Of a stretch of DNA of 64,000 nucleotides, positions 36,299-47,900 are shown piece after piece. The stretch lies in assembly GCA_020137815.1 (NCBI GenBank), contig CM035350.1, forward strand, positions 9,982,001-10,046,000, read 5' to 3'. The notes under the pieces are model-generated. The model ran no database searches, was not told the origin of the DNA, and saw only the letters and a list, made by a program, of their open reading frames with translations. The translations under genes were made by a program, and so were the position numbers. How positions within the stretch are numbered: the first letter of the stretch is position 1; each line of letters begins with the position of its first letter. Source of the DNA: Hormiphora californensis. Its lineage: Eukaryota; Animalia; Ctenophora.

Positions 36299-39235
36299 AT
36301 GTCCCCGAACTCAAACGAACCACCTGTTTTAGCAGTGGGTATCACCGAAACGTGGCTAAAAAGTTACATATCAGATGCCCAAATATCGATTCCCGGGTAT
36401 GTTACTCTGAGAGCAGATAGAGAATTGAAAGTCGGAGGAGGTTGCTTGTTATACATCAACAAAGACGTGCCGATTACAAAACAATTTTCATGGAGTGACC
36501 GCCAGACAAGTCTTGTAACCGCTTTCTCCGAACAGAAAAACCTTTTCTTTGCCTGTATGTACCGACCACCAGACACAGAGGAAAAATCGTATGCAGAATC
36601 TCTAACGAAACTCCAAGCAGAGATCAACTCGGTTATCGAGGAAAATGATGGGCGAACACCAGAAATTGTTATCATCGGAGACTTCAATCTCCCAAACATA
36701 GATTGGGAAACAATGACATTTCCATCTCAAGGAGGAAGAGAGGCTGGCCCTTACCACCAAACTCTTGAATTCGTCAACGAGAATTTCATTACACAACTTG
36801 TCACAACCCCAACAAGAGGAACGAATATCCTGGATCTGGTGTTCACAAACACCCCTGAATACTTTGCAAATGTGACAACTGTAGATAGCAAAATATCTGA
36901 CCATCGTGTAGTGGAATGTACCATGGCATACAACCCATTGGACAGTGTGGTTAACGCTAAAACTGAAGATGACCCCTTCAGAAAAGTGAAGATACATAAT
37001 GTTGACTACCTCCCAATGAAAACACAACTGTGCGAAATAGACTGGGATGGACTACTCCAGCTCTGCAAAAATGGTGATGTTTATGACCTTGAGCAGTTCA
37101 AGACCTACGTAACCCAAATCGTACGTGAAATTGCAGAAGAAACTCTCCCTGGTAAGGCCGAACACGGAAAAGAAAAAAGGCATAAACAGAGGATATCTGA
37201 ATCTTTTAAACGGAAGTCAAGAAAAATAAAGAAGAAACTAGAAGGAGATCTTGGCCCACTCAGTAAGGAAACTCTTTATGAGGAACTGGACCTCCTAACT
37301 GTCAGAAGGAAGGAGAAGATCCTTGAAAACCTAGACCAAGAGGAGATAAACGCAGTCGAAACGATAAAAAACAACCCTCGTTTCTTCTACACTTATGCGA
37401 AAAAGAAGTCTAAAACAGCTTCAACAATCGCACCACTGAGGAGACAGGATGGAAGCCTGACAACCGACAGTGCTGAGAAAGCACAGCTACTACAAAACCA
37501 ATATGTAGGAGTGTTCAGCAACCCTGCTGATGTAGACGCTGAGAAGAGCCTGACCTGGATTAAGTCGGAACCAAATCTGGTCACTGAAAACTTTGACTTT
37601 ACGCCAGAGGATATCCAGTCCGCCCTAAAGGAAATTGATCCGTATGGAGCGGCACCGGACGGTGACATCCCGGCTAGGATTCTTTATGAGTGCAGAGCAC
37701 AGCTTTGCTACCCTTTTTGGCTCCTCTGGAACAAATCAATGGAAGAGGAAGTCATCCCACCGTCTATGAAGAAACAACAAGTAGTACCCATCTTCAAAAA
37801 AGGAGATAGAACCAAAGCTGCGAATTACCGCCCCGTCTCCCTCACGTCAAATGTCATCAAAACATTCGAACGTGTCATGAAGAAACACCTTGTCCAACAC
37901 TTCGAGGAGAATAACCTATTTCCCGAATCTCAGCATGGGTTCCGGAAGCAACGGAGCTGTCTCACCCAGTTGATTGAACACGTGGATACAATCCTAAAAG
38001 AACTAAGGGAGGGAAACGAAGTCGACGTCATATATGTCGATTATGCAAAGGCATTTGATAAGGTCGACATCAGCGTTCTACTTGCAAAATTAGAACGTTA
38101 CGGTATCCGCGGAAAAGTTCTCAGTTGGATCAGATGCTTCCTGACCGACAGATACCAAACTGTCGTGGTGGATGGAAAACTCTCATCACTGGAGAAAGTG
38201 CTTAGTGGAGTTCCTCAAGGAACCGTACTCGGGCCAATACTCTTCATCATATATGTTGCGGACCTAAACTCAGCCGTGGTACACTCAACAACCAAAACTC
38301 TTGCGGACGACACTAAACTCATAAAGGGAATTGAAAGGGAAGTGTCACATGACCAACTCCAAGAGGACCTGACAAAAGTGGGAATTTGGTCGAAGGCCAA
38401 CAACATGAGTCTGAACGAAGATAAGTTTGAGGTTTTGCAATACTCTCTCAACAAAACTCAACTACTTAAACAGTTACCATTCACCCAAGACCTCCAAACG
38501 TACTATACTCCAGAGGGACTCAAGATTGAACCAAAACATTGTGTCCGTGACTTAGGGGTCCAACTGTCAGATGATTTATCCTGGGAACATCAAATAGGAA
38601 AAATGACATCTGACGCCCGAAAGATAAGTGCATGGGTATTGAGGGCCTTCAAAACAAGGGAGGAAAAAACTATGACTATCCTGTACAAAAGTCTGGTCCG
38701 CAGTAAACTGGAATATTGCTGTCCACTATGGGATTCGCCAAAGATCTCTGACATCCAGGACGTTGAAGCAATCCAGCGGAAGTTCACCAAACGGATCAAG
38801 GGAATGGCTGAACTAAACTACTGGGAGCGTTTGAAAAAGCTGAATTTCACTTCCCTTCAACGCCGCCGAGAACGTTACAGCATCATAATGATGTGGAAGA
38901 TGGCAAACGGCAACGCACCCAACAACATCGGCATCCGCTTTTATAACAACAACCGTCTCGGGAAAAAAGCGGAGGTCCCAACATGTCCCACAAACACACA
39001 GAAGTCAGTCGCGACGAAGTACCACAACTCGTTTATCTGTAGAGCGACTCGACTATGGAACACACTACCCAGGGAAGTGAACTTAGCGGAAGACCTACCG
39101 TCGTTCAAGGTACTACTAGGGGAATGGATGAAGAGATTTCCGGATCGCCCACCGGTTCTCGGATACCCAAAACAAAACAACAATTCAATCTTGGACTGGA
39201 TACGGATCGTTTCCAGGGAGGGGGAGGCTCTGTGA
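36299..39235 (+). CDS. LINE ORF2: APE endonuclease plus reverse transcriptase; the frame is open from about 35913
   Basis: ITETWL, YRPP, GDFNLP.IDW, LDLVFTN, SDH; NYRPVSLTS, QHGFR, DYAKAFDKV, SGVPQGTVLGP, LADDTKL. Confidence 0.95.
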   Translation: MSPNSNEPPVLAVGITETWLKSYISDAQISIPGYVTLRADRELKVGGGCLLYINKDVPITKQFSWSDRQTSLVTAFSEQKNLFFACMYRPPDTEEKSYAESLTKLQAEINSVIEENDGRTPEIVIIGDFNLPNIDWETMTFPSQGGREAGPYHQTLEFVNENFITQLVTTPTRGTNILDLVFTNTPEYFANVTTVDSKISDHRVVECTMAYNPLDSVVNAKTEDDPFRKVKIHNVDYLPMKTQLCEIDWDGLLQLCKNGDVYDLEQFKTYVTQIVREIAEETLPGKAEHGKEKRHKQRISESFKRKSRKIKKKLEGDLGPLSKETLYEELDLLTVRRKEKILENLDQEEINAVETIKNNPRFFYTYAKKKSKTASTIAPLRRQDGSLTTDSAEKAQLLQNQYVGVFSNPADVDAEKSLTWIKSEPNLVTENFDFTPEDIQSALKEIDPYGAAPDGDIPARILYECRAQLCYPFWLLWNKSMEEEVIPPSMKKQQVVPIFKKGDRTKAANYRPVSLTSNVIKTFERVMKKHLVQHFEENNLFPESQHGFRKQRSCLTQLIEHVDTILKELREGNEVDVIYVDYAKAFDKVDISVLLAKLERYGIRGKVLSWIRCFLTDRYQTVVVDGKLSSLEKVLSGVPQGTVLGPILFIIYVADLNSAVVHSTTKTLADDTKLIKGIEREVSHDQLQEDLTKVGIWSKANNMSLNEDKFEVLQYSLNKTQLLKQLPFTQDLQTYYTPEGLKIEPKHCVRDLGVQLSDDLSWEHQIGKMTSDARKISAWVLRAFKTREEKTMTILYKSLVRSKLEYCCPLWDSPKISDIQDVEAIQRKFTKRIKGMAELNYWERLKKLNFTSLQRRRERYSIIMMWKMANGNAPNNIGIRFYNNNRLGKKAEVPTCPTNTQKSVATKYHNSFICRATRLWNTLPREVNLAEDLPSFKVLLGEWMKRFPDRPPVLGYPKQNNNSILDWIRIVSREGEAL

Positions 39236-40029
39236 GGAACTGACACCTGTGTAGTTTGTACACGAAGAAGATTACAAGATTACAAGATTACAAGATCGTT
39301 TTTTTGGAACATTGACATCCGTGTTCAGTGTCATTGCTCTGTGTTGAGAGCCTCAAGCAAGCGGCAAGCCCTCTGCGATTGCTGTCGATAGTAGAGTGAC
39401 TGTTCAGTGTTGATCCTGGAATTGTATTTTGTGTTTTAAACAGGGTGAAAGTCAGTAAATTTTCGAATTTTTGTTTCTGATTTAAGCACTTCTGGAAACA
39501 AAATTTCTTTGATACCATCTTTGCTTTCATACCAGGTCTTAACCCCAATATGATTGGGCCAATCACAATTAATGCTTTGTCTGGACTCAAATCTAATTAA
39601 ACCAAGTATGAGCTATTTGCTAATTGGTCAATCAGAAACCAAACACTTCCACTCAAGCAACTAGCAATACAGATAAATATGTGTCTACTGTCTCATAGTA
39701 TTTGTTCATTGTTGTAGATTTAGCAAACACATTAACTGGTTTCATGTGGTGCTCCAGGAATTATCTGGCATGGCCTACAGTGTTTTGATGTCATTGCCAT
39801 TGATAAATTTAGATTTTAGCTCTTTGCAGTTTTGGATGGAACAAGGGCGGAAATGTGATTACTGTTGCGTGTTCCGATATTTAGTGACTTCATCTAGCTA
39901 TTATTGGAGTTACAAAACATGATGTCTTTATGAATATTGCTGCTTGTGTACGCTTTGAAATCGCTCATTTCTTAGTAAGCTGTGTGCGCCAGTTATCTGT
40001 CTGCTCTGACCTCATAGTTTGCGGTATTA

Positions 40030-40160
40030 CCATTTGATAACCGTTGTAACCTTAGCATTTAGTTACCGGTGTAACCCTAGCAACCGTTGTAACATTTGTA
40101 ATCCTAGTAACCGTTGTAACATTTGTAACCCTAGTAACCGTTGTAACCCTAGTAACCTTT
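40030..40160. repeat. Degenerate GTTGTAACCCTAGTAACC minisatellite just upstream of the GOLD-gene acceptor and ATG
   Basis: Several imperfect 18-27-bp units. Confidence 0.7.
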
Positions 40161-40169
40161 GTATAGGTT

Positions 40170-41153
40170 ATGTCGCTGAGTGATGAGACGGATGAAACTC
40201 AAGTGTCGACAAGGACAGGGGATGGAGACTCCTCCTCAGACAAGAGCCTAGAAAGCGGTGGTGTAACTCACAGTACTCCCAAGATAGTGCCAGTATCCCT
40301 TCACGATGCATCACTACATGCTCTCCTGGCATCTGTACCAGAGATCTCCCCCATTCTTACACACAAAACCATGGCTACCTCTAGTAGCAGCCTGCAGTAA
40401 GTTGCTGAACTTCTCACAGTATGTTTCCACTATGTTTCCTGCTGCTACTGCAATACCAGCTGGTGGGTTATGAATCCCAATGTTAAAACTATATCCTCCC
40501 CCATCAGTTCTCACGAGACGTCTCCGGTGACATTTCGACAACCGATTTGTTTGGATCCAATTCTCAAGTCGCCTGGAGTCCGTAGATTCACGCACAAACG
40601 CAACAAGTACGTTGTTTTTTAACACACAGAGAGAGAGAGGAGATTTGCTGCAAGAGATTTGGCATGCAAGCTACTCCTGCGAATGAGTGTTGAGAGATGT
40701 TAGTGTTATAGGCCCCCCCGGCTACTCAGTAGCCCACAACATAACACCACAACATAACACCTTCTATTATAACACATTCTATTCCCAGTAGTATAACACA
40801 TTCTGTTCCCAGTAGTATAACACCTTCTATTCCCAGTACAGTATAACACATTCTATTCCCAGTACAGTATAACACATTCTATTCCCAGGTCTGCGCCAAT
40901 TCAAGGTCATCCCTACCTGGTGGATCCAGCTCTAATTAATAGACAGAAGTCCCTGGATGAACTATACAAGGTACACATAACCCCTTTGTACGCTGGCAAG
41001 GGAGGGGGGTAGCTTCGTTACCAAGTATTCCATGATGCACCCCGCCTCCCTCATGAGTATACTATTCCCCGGCCCTTTCCCATTTTACCCCGCTTGGCCA
41101 GTCACTGTTTCTTCCTGGCTAGACGTCTCTCAGTACTAGACAAGTTCTCATTA

Positions 41154-41227
<74 letters not shown>

Positions 41228-44200
41228 CATGCAACTGTCCAAGTAATAGCGTGTGTTCGGCCATGTTTTCTGCCATTGGCAGTGACAAATTAGTGCTACT
41301 GCAATTTACCTTTCTGGCCTTCCTCTTTTTCTCAAATCTATCTCTTTTTCTCTATCTCTCTCTTCTCTCTGTGTTTCACACCTTCACCGTTTCTGAGTGC
41401 GGATTAGCGTTTGTTAACACAGACACGTACACAGCAGGAATGCTATTGGCAGACACAGTGCTCTCCAAATTATATCTCCGTAACATAGGTGGAGAGATAG
41501 AGAAAGAAAGAGAGAGTTTCCCGCTTTCTGTCTACACTCTACATGCACATTATTATTTCCCGCTCTCTGCCTCTCAACTCCTATCCCTCCCTAAAGGCCT
41601 CTATAATACCGTCTATACTATGTCTCCCTCACCTCGACCCGCCGGCCGCCCTCCCTTTATCCCCCTTCCATTGGCCTCCATTTCTTATACTCATCCATTT
41701 GTTTCAGGTGATTGACCCTAGTAAGCCCCTGAACAACTCCTCCACTGCCTCAACTGATGAAGGCATCTGGACCGGCAATGAAAGTGCCCCTAGCTCTGAG
41801 GAGAAGATTGACGATGTCTCATCATGCCTTACTGTGAGTTACTGATATATTAGTTTACCCATGAGTACATTAATGTATTCTCAGACCCATCCTTCATTAA
41901 GTAATACATCCATCGTGTCACGGTATACTACCGCGCCTAACAATATCGAATTATTATCTCTGTCTGTTATTATTGTCGACATCATGTATCCCCTCTCCCA
42001 CTGTATACACCTCTCCTTCTCTGTATCAATCTCTGTATTACACATACATTGTATCCTCTCTGTATAACTGTATCGCAGCGTGACGCAAACCCACATTTCA
42101 CTAAATCATAATAGGCCAAATTCGTGACATAATAACAAGAGAAGGATGTATTTCTCTGTGGTGGGAAAAAGGAAAATGTGTAGAAAGGAAAATCATGGTG
42201 ACAGAATGTGACACCAGCGTTTAAATATCCCAGTATCTTATGTCATCTGGATATCAGGAATTAATATTTGTGAACAAGTTACTACCGGTACCACTGAGAG
42301 CGGGAGAATAGGACTAGGGAGTTTGGAGAGAGGGGAGGTGAGAAGCGGAAAACTGTCTGCTGTGAAGTTACTGTGCAGTGCTATGTGCGAGATATAGTAG
42401 TGCCATGTGAAGTTGGAGAAACAGCATTCAGCAGGCTACAGGCGGGAGGGGGGGTGGAGATATTTCAGGAATGACGCAATGAAGTAAATAGAATTACTGG
42501 GCTTCCAGAATTAAATAGAAACTTGCGTGGGAGAGGGTAGAAATTAGTGCACACTTTTTGTGCACATGTTACACAGGTCAGTGTCTGGCGTCTCCCCTAC
42601 CGAACTGTAAAATGTAGGTGTATGGTGTGTGGCACTGTACTTCAGAATTAAGGTTTAGTGTGTAGTGTGTAGTACTGCACTATATGTAGATATAGTAGAT
42701 AGGTATGGTACACATGTTACACCTCATGTGACTGTTTAGTGCATGTGTAATTACACTGGCAGTGTCTAGTAGAACTCTCTTCAGTACACACGAGGTGAGA
42801 AGAAGCTCTCTAGTGATAACTTGTGCTGTTGCACAATACAAGTGATAACTAATATATTTTAACTCCAGACTCGACTTTAATCTTTAGTAATTCCACGTCT
42901 ACTGCAGCTGCTGGTACTGAAAAGAACAATGATCAACATTTGTGTGCTCAATGAATAAAGAGAAGATAGGAAGAGAGAGAGACCTATAGAAAGGGAGAGA
43001 GAGAGGGAGAGAGAAAGAAAGAGAGGGAGTGGTTGTGTCTTCAAATTCTATTGTACTGTGAGGCCAGAGCATGTGCCGCTTTTGTGCAATTTCTCTGTTT
43101 AGTACTCAACTTATTCAAATCCATGGTGTTAAAGAATAATGAGTAATGACCATCGGTCAGGACTCAGCTAGTATAAACTGAATAAATACAGACAGCAGAG
43201 ACGTGTGATCAATGATCATCCACATACAACTGTCATTACAAGATAGGATTGAGTGCCCCCTTTTCACTCACCTTCGCTAAGTGGAGCCCTCTTCTTGTTA
43301 AGTGGAATTACCGAAATAGTTCTACAAATTACAATATCAGGTTTCTAGGGAGGAAAGCAGATTACACAATAATAGTTCACCGCTTCCATGAAGTGGATTT
43401 TAGGGGTGATAGGGTTTCACAAGTTCTCATTCTCTCTCTGTATTGCAACACTCCCACTGTCCCTAACTTCTCTCACTCCCCCGCACATGTCACATGTGTC
43501 ACCTGGGTGTCGACATCTCTCTCAAGCTCAGCTACCTCCCTTTCTCCCTCAGCTACCTCTACCTCTCTCTTTCTGTACCTCTCTACCTCTCACTATATCT
43601 CTCTCCCTCAGCTACCTCTACCTCTCTCTTTCTGTACCTCTCTACCTCTCACTATATCTCTCTCTCCCTCAGCTACCTCTCTCCCTAACCTACTACCTCT
43701 CTCCCTAACCTACTACCCCTTGTGACGCACTCTTCTGACGTATATCATGTACCAGAGCGATGTACTACCCAGGGCGTTGATAGTTTGGCAATTCAGCCTG
43801 AAACATATCTCCCTGACTTTCTTGACACCCCCAGAAACCCTTGGTAACGAAGTTACCCCTCTGGGCATTGCGATAGTAAGGCACGTTTTAGCGTGCCCGC
43901 AATGTAGGGGGAACTGCGTTACCAACAGAAACCCTTCCTTCCTAATAACCCTGTGCAGTAGTGACCCATTCCCTAATTCCCTAACCTCCTACACCAAGCT
44001 AATCCCTCTTTCTCCCCAGTCATGTGATCTAGACGAGGTTGAACCAAGTGGTGGTGATGATATTCTGTGTAACGAATTCTCAGGTAAAATGGGACCCTTG
44101 GCACTGTTATCATTCCCCATTCTCTTTGTTTATTAGGTCATGTTTTTATGTTTTTGTTGTCGTGATGTATTTACCATGCACACATAATGTTTACTGTGCG

Positions 44201-44706
44201 TGTCACTGCTGCAGCGTGTCACTGCTGCCGTGTCGCACATAAAGGGAGCGTCACATAGGACTTAGAGCTAGAGGGAGTATCCCACACAGAAAAATAGAGT
44301 GAGTGTGACAGACAGAGAAATAGAGGGAGTGTCACTCACTCTGTTGACAAATGACACAGATATATTTTAAACAATCTGGAGTAATTGAAGTACTGGTTAT
44401 GTGAGAGATGTTATGTTACAGAGATATGGAAACTTGACCCCGCTCTGATAGTGTCATATAACATTCCTATTTTATCAAGTTGAGATAACATGGTAGCACA
44501 GTTGAGTAGCACAGTGGTAAAATATAGGATTAACCAGTAGGATTATTGGGTCTGCCCGCTAGAAGACAGGGGAGAGAGGAAGGAGAGAAGATGTTCTTTG
44601 TCAAGTGAAACCTATGATGGGAGAAATGCAGTAGTTGGGTTTTATATATTGTGTCGTTGAAGAAGCACCGTACAGTCTTGCTTTGTTATTGTTGTGCTCT
44701 TTGATG

Positions 44707-44769
<63 letters not shown>

Positions 44770-44850
44770 TCTCTCTCCCTATATCTCTCTCGCACACTCC
44801 TTCACGGACGTCGGGCATGCGGAGTGTTTGTGCAGTAGCATCCATAGAAG

Positions 44851-44923
<73 letters not shown>

Positions 44924-47900
44924 GGGGGGAGTTGGTCCACCTGCCACCACCTCCAATCGGTTTCCCCCGGGCAACGGGGTCACACGGAGTACCTTTTTCC
45001 CCATCCCCTTTTCCCCCTGTTCGATTTCCAGGTCCGTGTGGCCGCGGCTGAGCGTGGCTGTGTATTATAAATACGGAAAAAAATCAAAAAAGACAAAACC
45101 CAAAAACATCTTCTTGGCTAGGCGGCCCACAGTGTAACGACGCCAACTATTACGTTCCTACCCCGCCTTCTCCGGCTCAGGGTTACCAGTGGAACAGGCA
45201 TCTTCCAGCCAACTGTGGACCCCCAATGCCCCTTCATCTACTAACCCACTAACCAATCCTGTTTTTTTCCTACTAACCCCTAACCAGATTCAGTAGTAGA
45301 GCCCCGCTCCGGGGAGGATAGACTATCCCGGTCCAGAGAAGATTGATTACCCAGTTCCAGAGAGGAAAGATAGCCCCGTTCCGGAGAGGATAGTTTACCC
45401 CCCCCCCCCCCCCCCAAGAGGATAGTTTACCCTGTTCCTGAGAGAATAGTTTACCCCGTCCCTGAGAGGATAGATTTAGCCCCGTTCCAGAGAGGATCGA
45501 TTACCCAGTTCCAGAGAGGAAAGATAGCCCCGTTCCGGAGAGGATAGTTTGCCCCGTTCCTGAGAGGATAGTTTACCCCCCCCCCCCCCCCAAGAGGATA
45601 GTTTACCCTGTTCCTGAGAGAATAGTTTACCCCGGCCCTGAGAGGATAGATTTAGCCCCGTTCCAGAGAGGATCGATTACCCAGTTCCAGAGAGGAAAGT
45701 TTGCCCCGTTCCGGAGAGGATAGTTTGCCCCGTTCCTGAGAGGATAGTTTTACCCCCCCCCCCCCCCCCAAGAGGATAGTTTACCCTGTTCCTGAGAGGA
45801 TAGTTTAACCCGGCCCTGAGAGGATAGATAACCCCGTCCCTGAGAGGATAGTTTACCCGTCCCGGAGCTTTACACCATATTAATAATACACACCCGAACG
45901 CTGAAAGTGTCGGTTCGTGCTGAAAAGCTGAAAGGATGGACGGGCAAACCATCTACTAACGGACCAAATGTGGCGGTGGGATTCCGTTACCGCTGTGCAC
46001 CGGTGGCAGTGTTAAGACCCCCAAACCCGGCTCTTCTTCTAACAAACCGATGACTATGTATACACAGTGATTGGTTTGAAACTCACCCCCAAAACTTACT
46101 CATCTTTTCGACATGAGTACTAACACCCGTAAACCAAGGAAGGTCTGGTCTAAGCAAGAGAACCTAGACTTGGTGTACTGCTACTACAGCAGCAACCCAG
46201 GCACATCCGGATCCTGGAAGAGGCTCGAACGCCTATGGGAAGACAAGGGACACGACCCATTAACAGGTGCCAAACTCTCAAGCCAGTTCAGATCGAATAG
46301 AGAAATCTGGACACATGGTAACACCGCAGGAGATGGCTGATCAGCGAATGCTAGCAGGGCTAGCAGCATCTGGCCTAAATATACTCCCGGAAGTGGACCT
46401 CACGGTGAATGATAACACTGCGGGTCCGAGTACCTCGGCCAATGGGGACACCGACACCCCACCCCCACCACCACCCCCAACTAGAGCGCCACGAACGAAA
46501 TGGACCACTGAAATGAACATTACGCTCGTGTTCATCCACTCGTACTCACAACCGGACAAAAGAGGAGTATGGACCCGAGTGGAGGAAAGGTGGTCAAAGA
46601 CAACCTACCCTTCGAAGACTGATGACCAGCTTAGATCCCAACTGAGATCTATAACTCAGTCGGGACTCCTTTCACCACAGAAGCTGATGGAAATAAGAAC
46701 AGCGGCCATAGCCGACCGTGAAGAAACTGAATCGGCACGACAGGCTGTGCTAGAAGAAAACCCACCCCCAGAAGCCATTGAACCCCCCACAAACCCAGTG
46801 GAAGAGGAAGGGCCATCACCGAACCCGGAAATCAGGGAGCAGTTCAAGAAACTACTCGAGGAACCAAGCTCCATCAAAGTCACTGACCTGAGACAGGTCC
46901 CCTGGGGGAAACTACGAGTGGCAATTGACCGACTCAGCCCGGTAATCAAGTCTTTTGAAACCCCAGACCTTACCACGTTGAACACACTACTGATGGCTGT
47001 AGCCCACGTGGTCCGAGAACAAATGGGCATTGAGGCACCTAGTGAAACTACCAGTAACTCCCCCAGAAAGAACAAGCAACCGATGTGGCTGCGACGACTT
47101 GAAGAAAGTGTTGCCAAACTTCGCTCAGACCTCTCCAGGCTGACCGAAATGAGCAGAGGAGCCACCCAGAAGTTCCAAACTATAGATACTATCTATAGAA
47201 GATACCCACTCCTGCCCAAGAAAGGCTATAAGCAAGTAATAGAGGAGGTCAAACAGAGATTGCTAGCGAAGGCCGGAAAGATAAGACGATACAAGAAGAA
47301 GCAGCAGACCTTCGCTGACAATAACCTGTTTCAGAACAACCAGCGCAACTTCTACAGAAAGTTGGAGAAACGAGGATCAGACCCCATACCGCATGAATCT
47401 ACACCAGAGGACCAGACGAGGACACTTAACTTCTGGAAAGACATATGGGAGAATGACGTCGGCCACAACACTGAAGCGGAGTGGTTAGATGACATCCAAG
47501 AGAACTTTGAGGCGGTCAACCAGCAAGAGGAATTCCAGATCACCACGGAAAGAGTGTCTGCCCGTGTGAAGGGAATGACCAACTGGTCGTCCCCAGGTAT
47601 AGATGGCCTGCATGCCTTCTGGATCAAGCACACAACTTGTCTCCATGGACGGATAGCTGAGCTGCTCAATGAAAGTCTTACTACAGGCCAGGTCCCAGGA
47701 TGGATGACTGAAGGCAGAACATACCTGCTGATGAAAGACCCCAAGAAAGGAATGAGCGATCCGGGGAACTTCAGACCCATAACCTGCCTCCCAAACCTCT
47801 GGAAGTTATATACAGGAATGCTGTCAGAAGAGATATACCTACACCTCGACGTAAACAGACTCTTCCCTGAAGAGCAAAAGGGTTGCCGCAAGAAGAGCAG

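Larger units (their letters stand above)
34400..39296 (+). mobile_element. Near full-length CR1-group LINE with (ATTACAAG)3 tail; 5' boundary approximate
   Basis: Two intact ORFs, short 3' UTR, octamer tail at 39271-39296. Confidence 0.9.
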
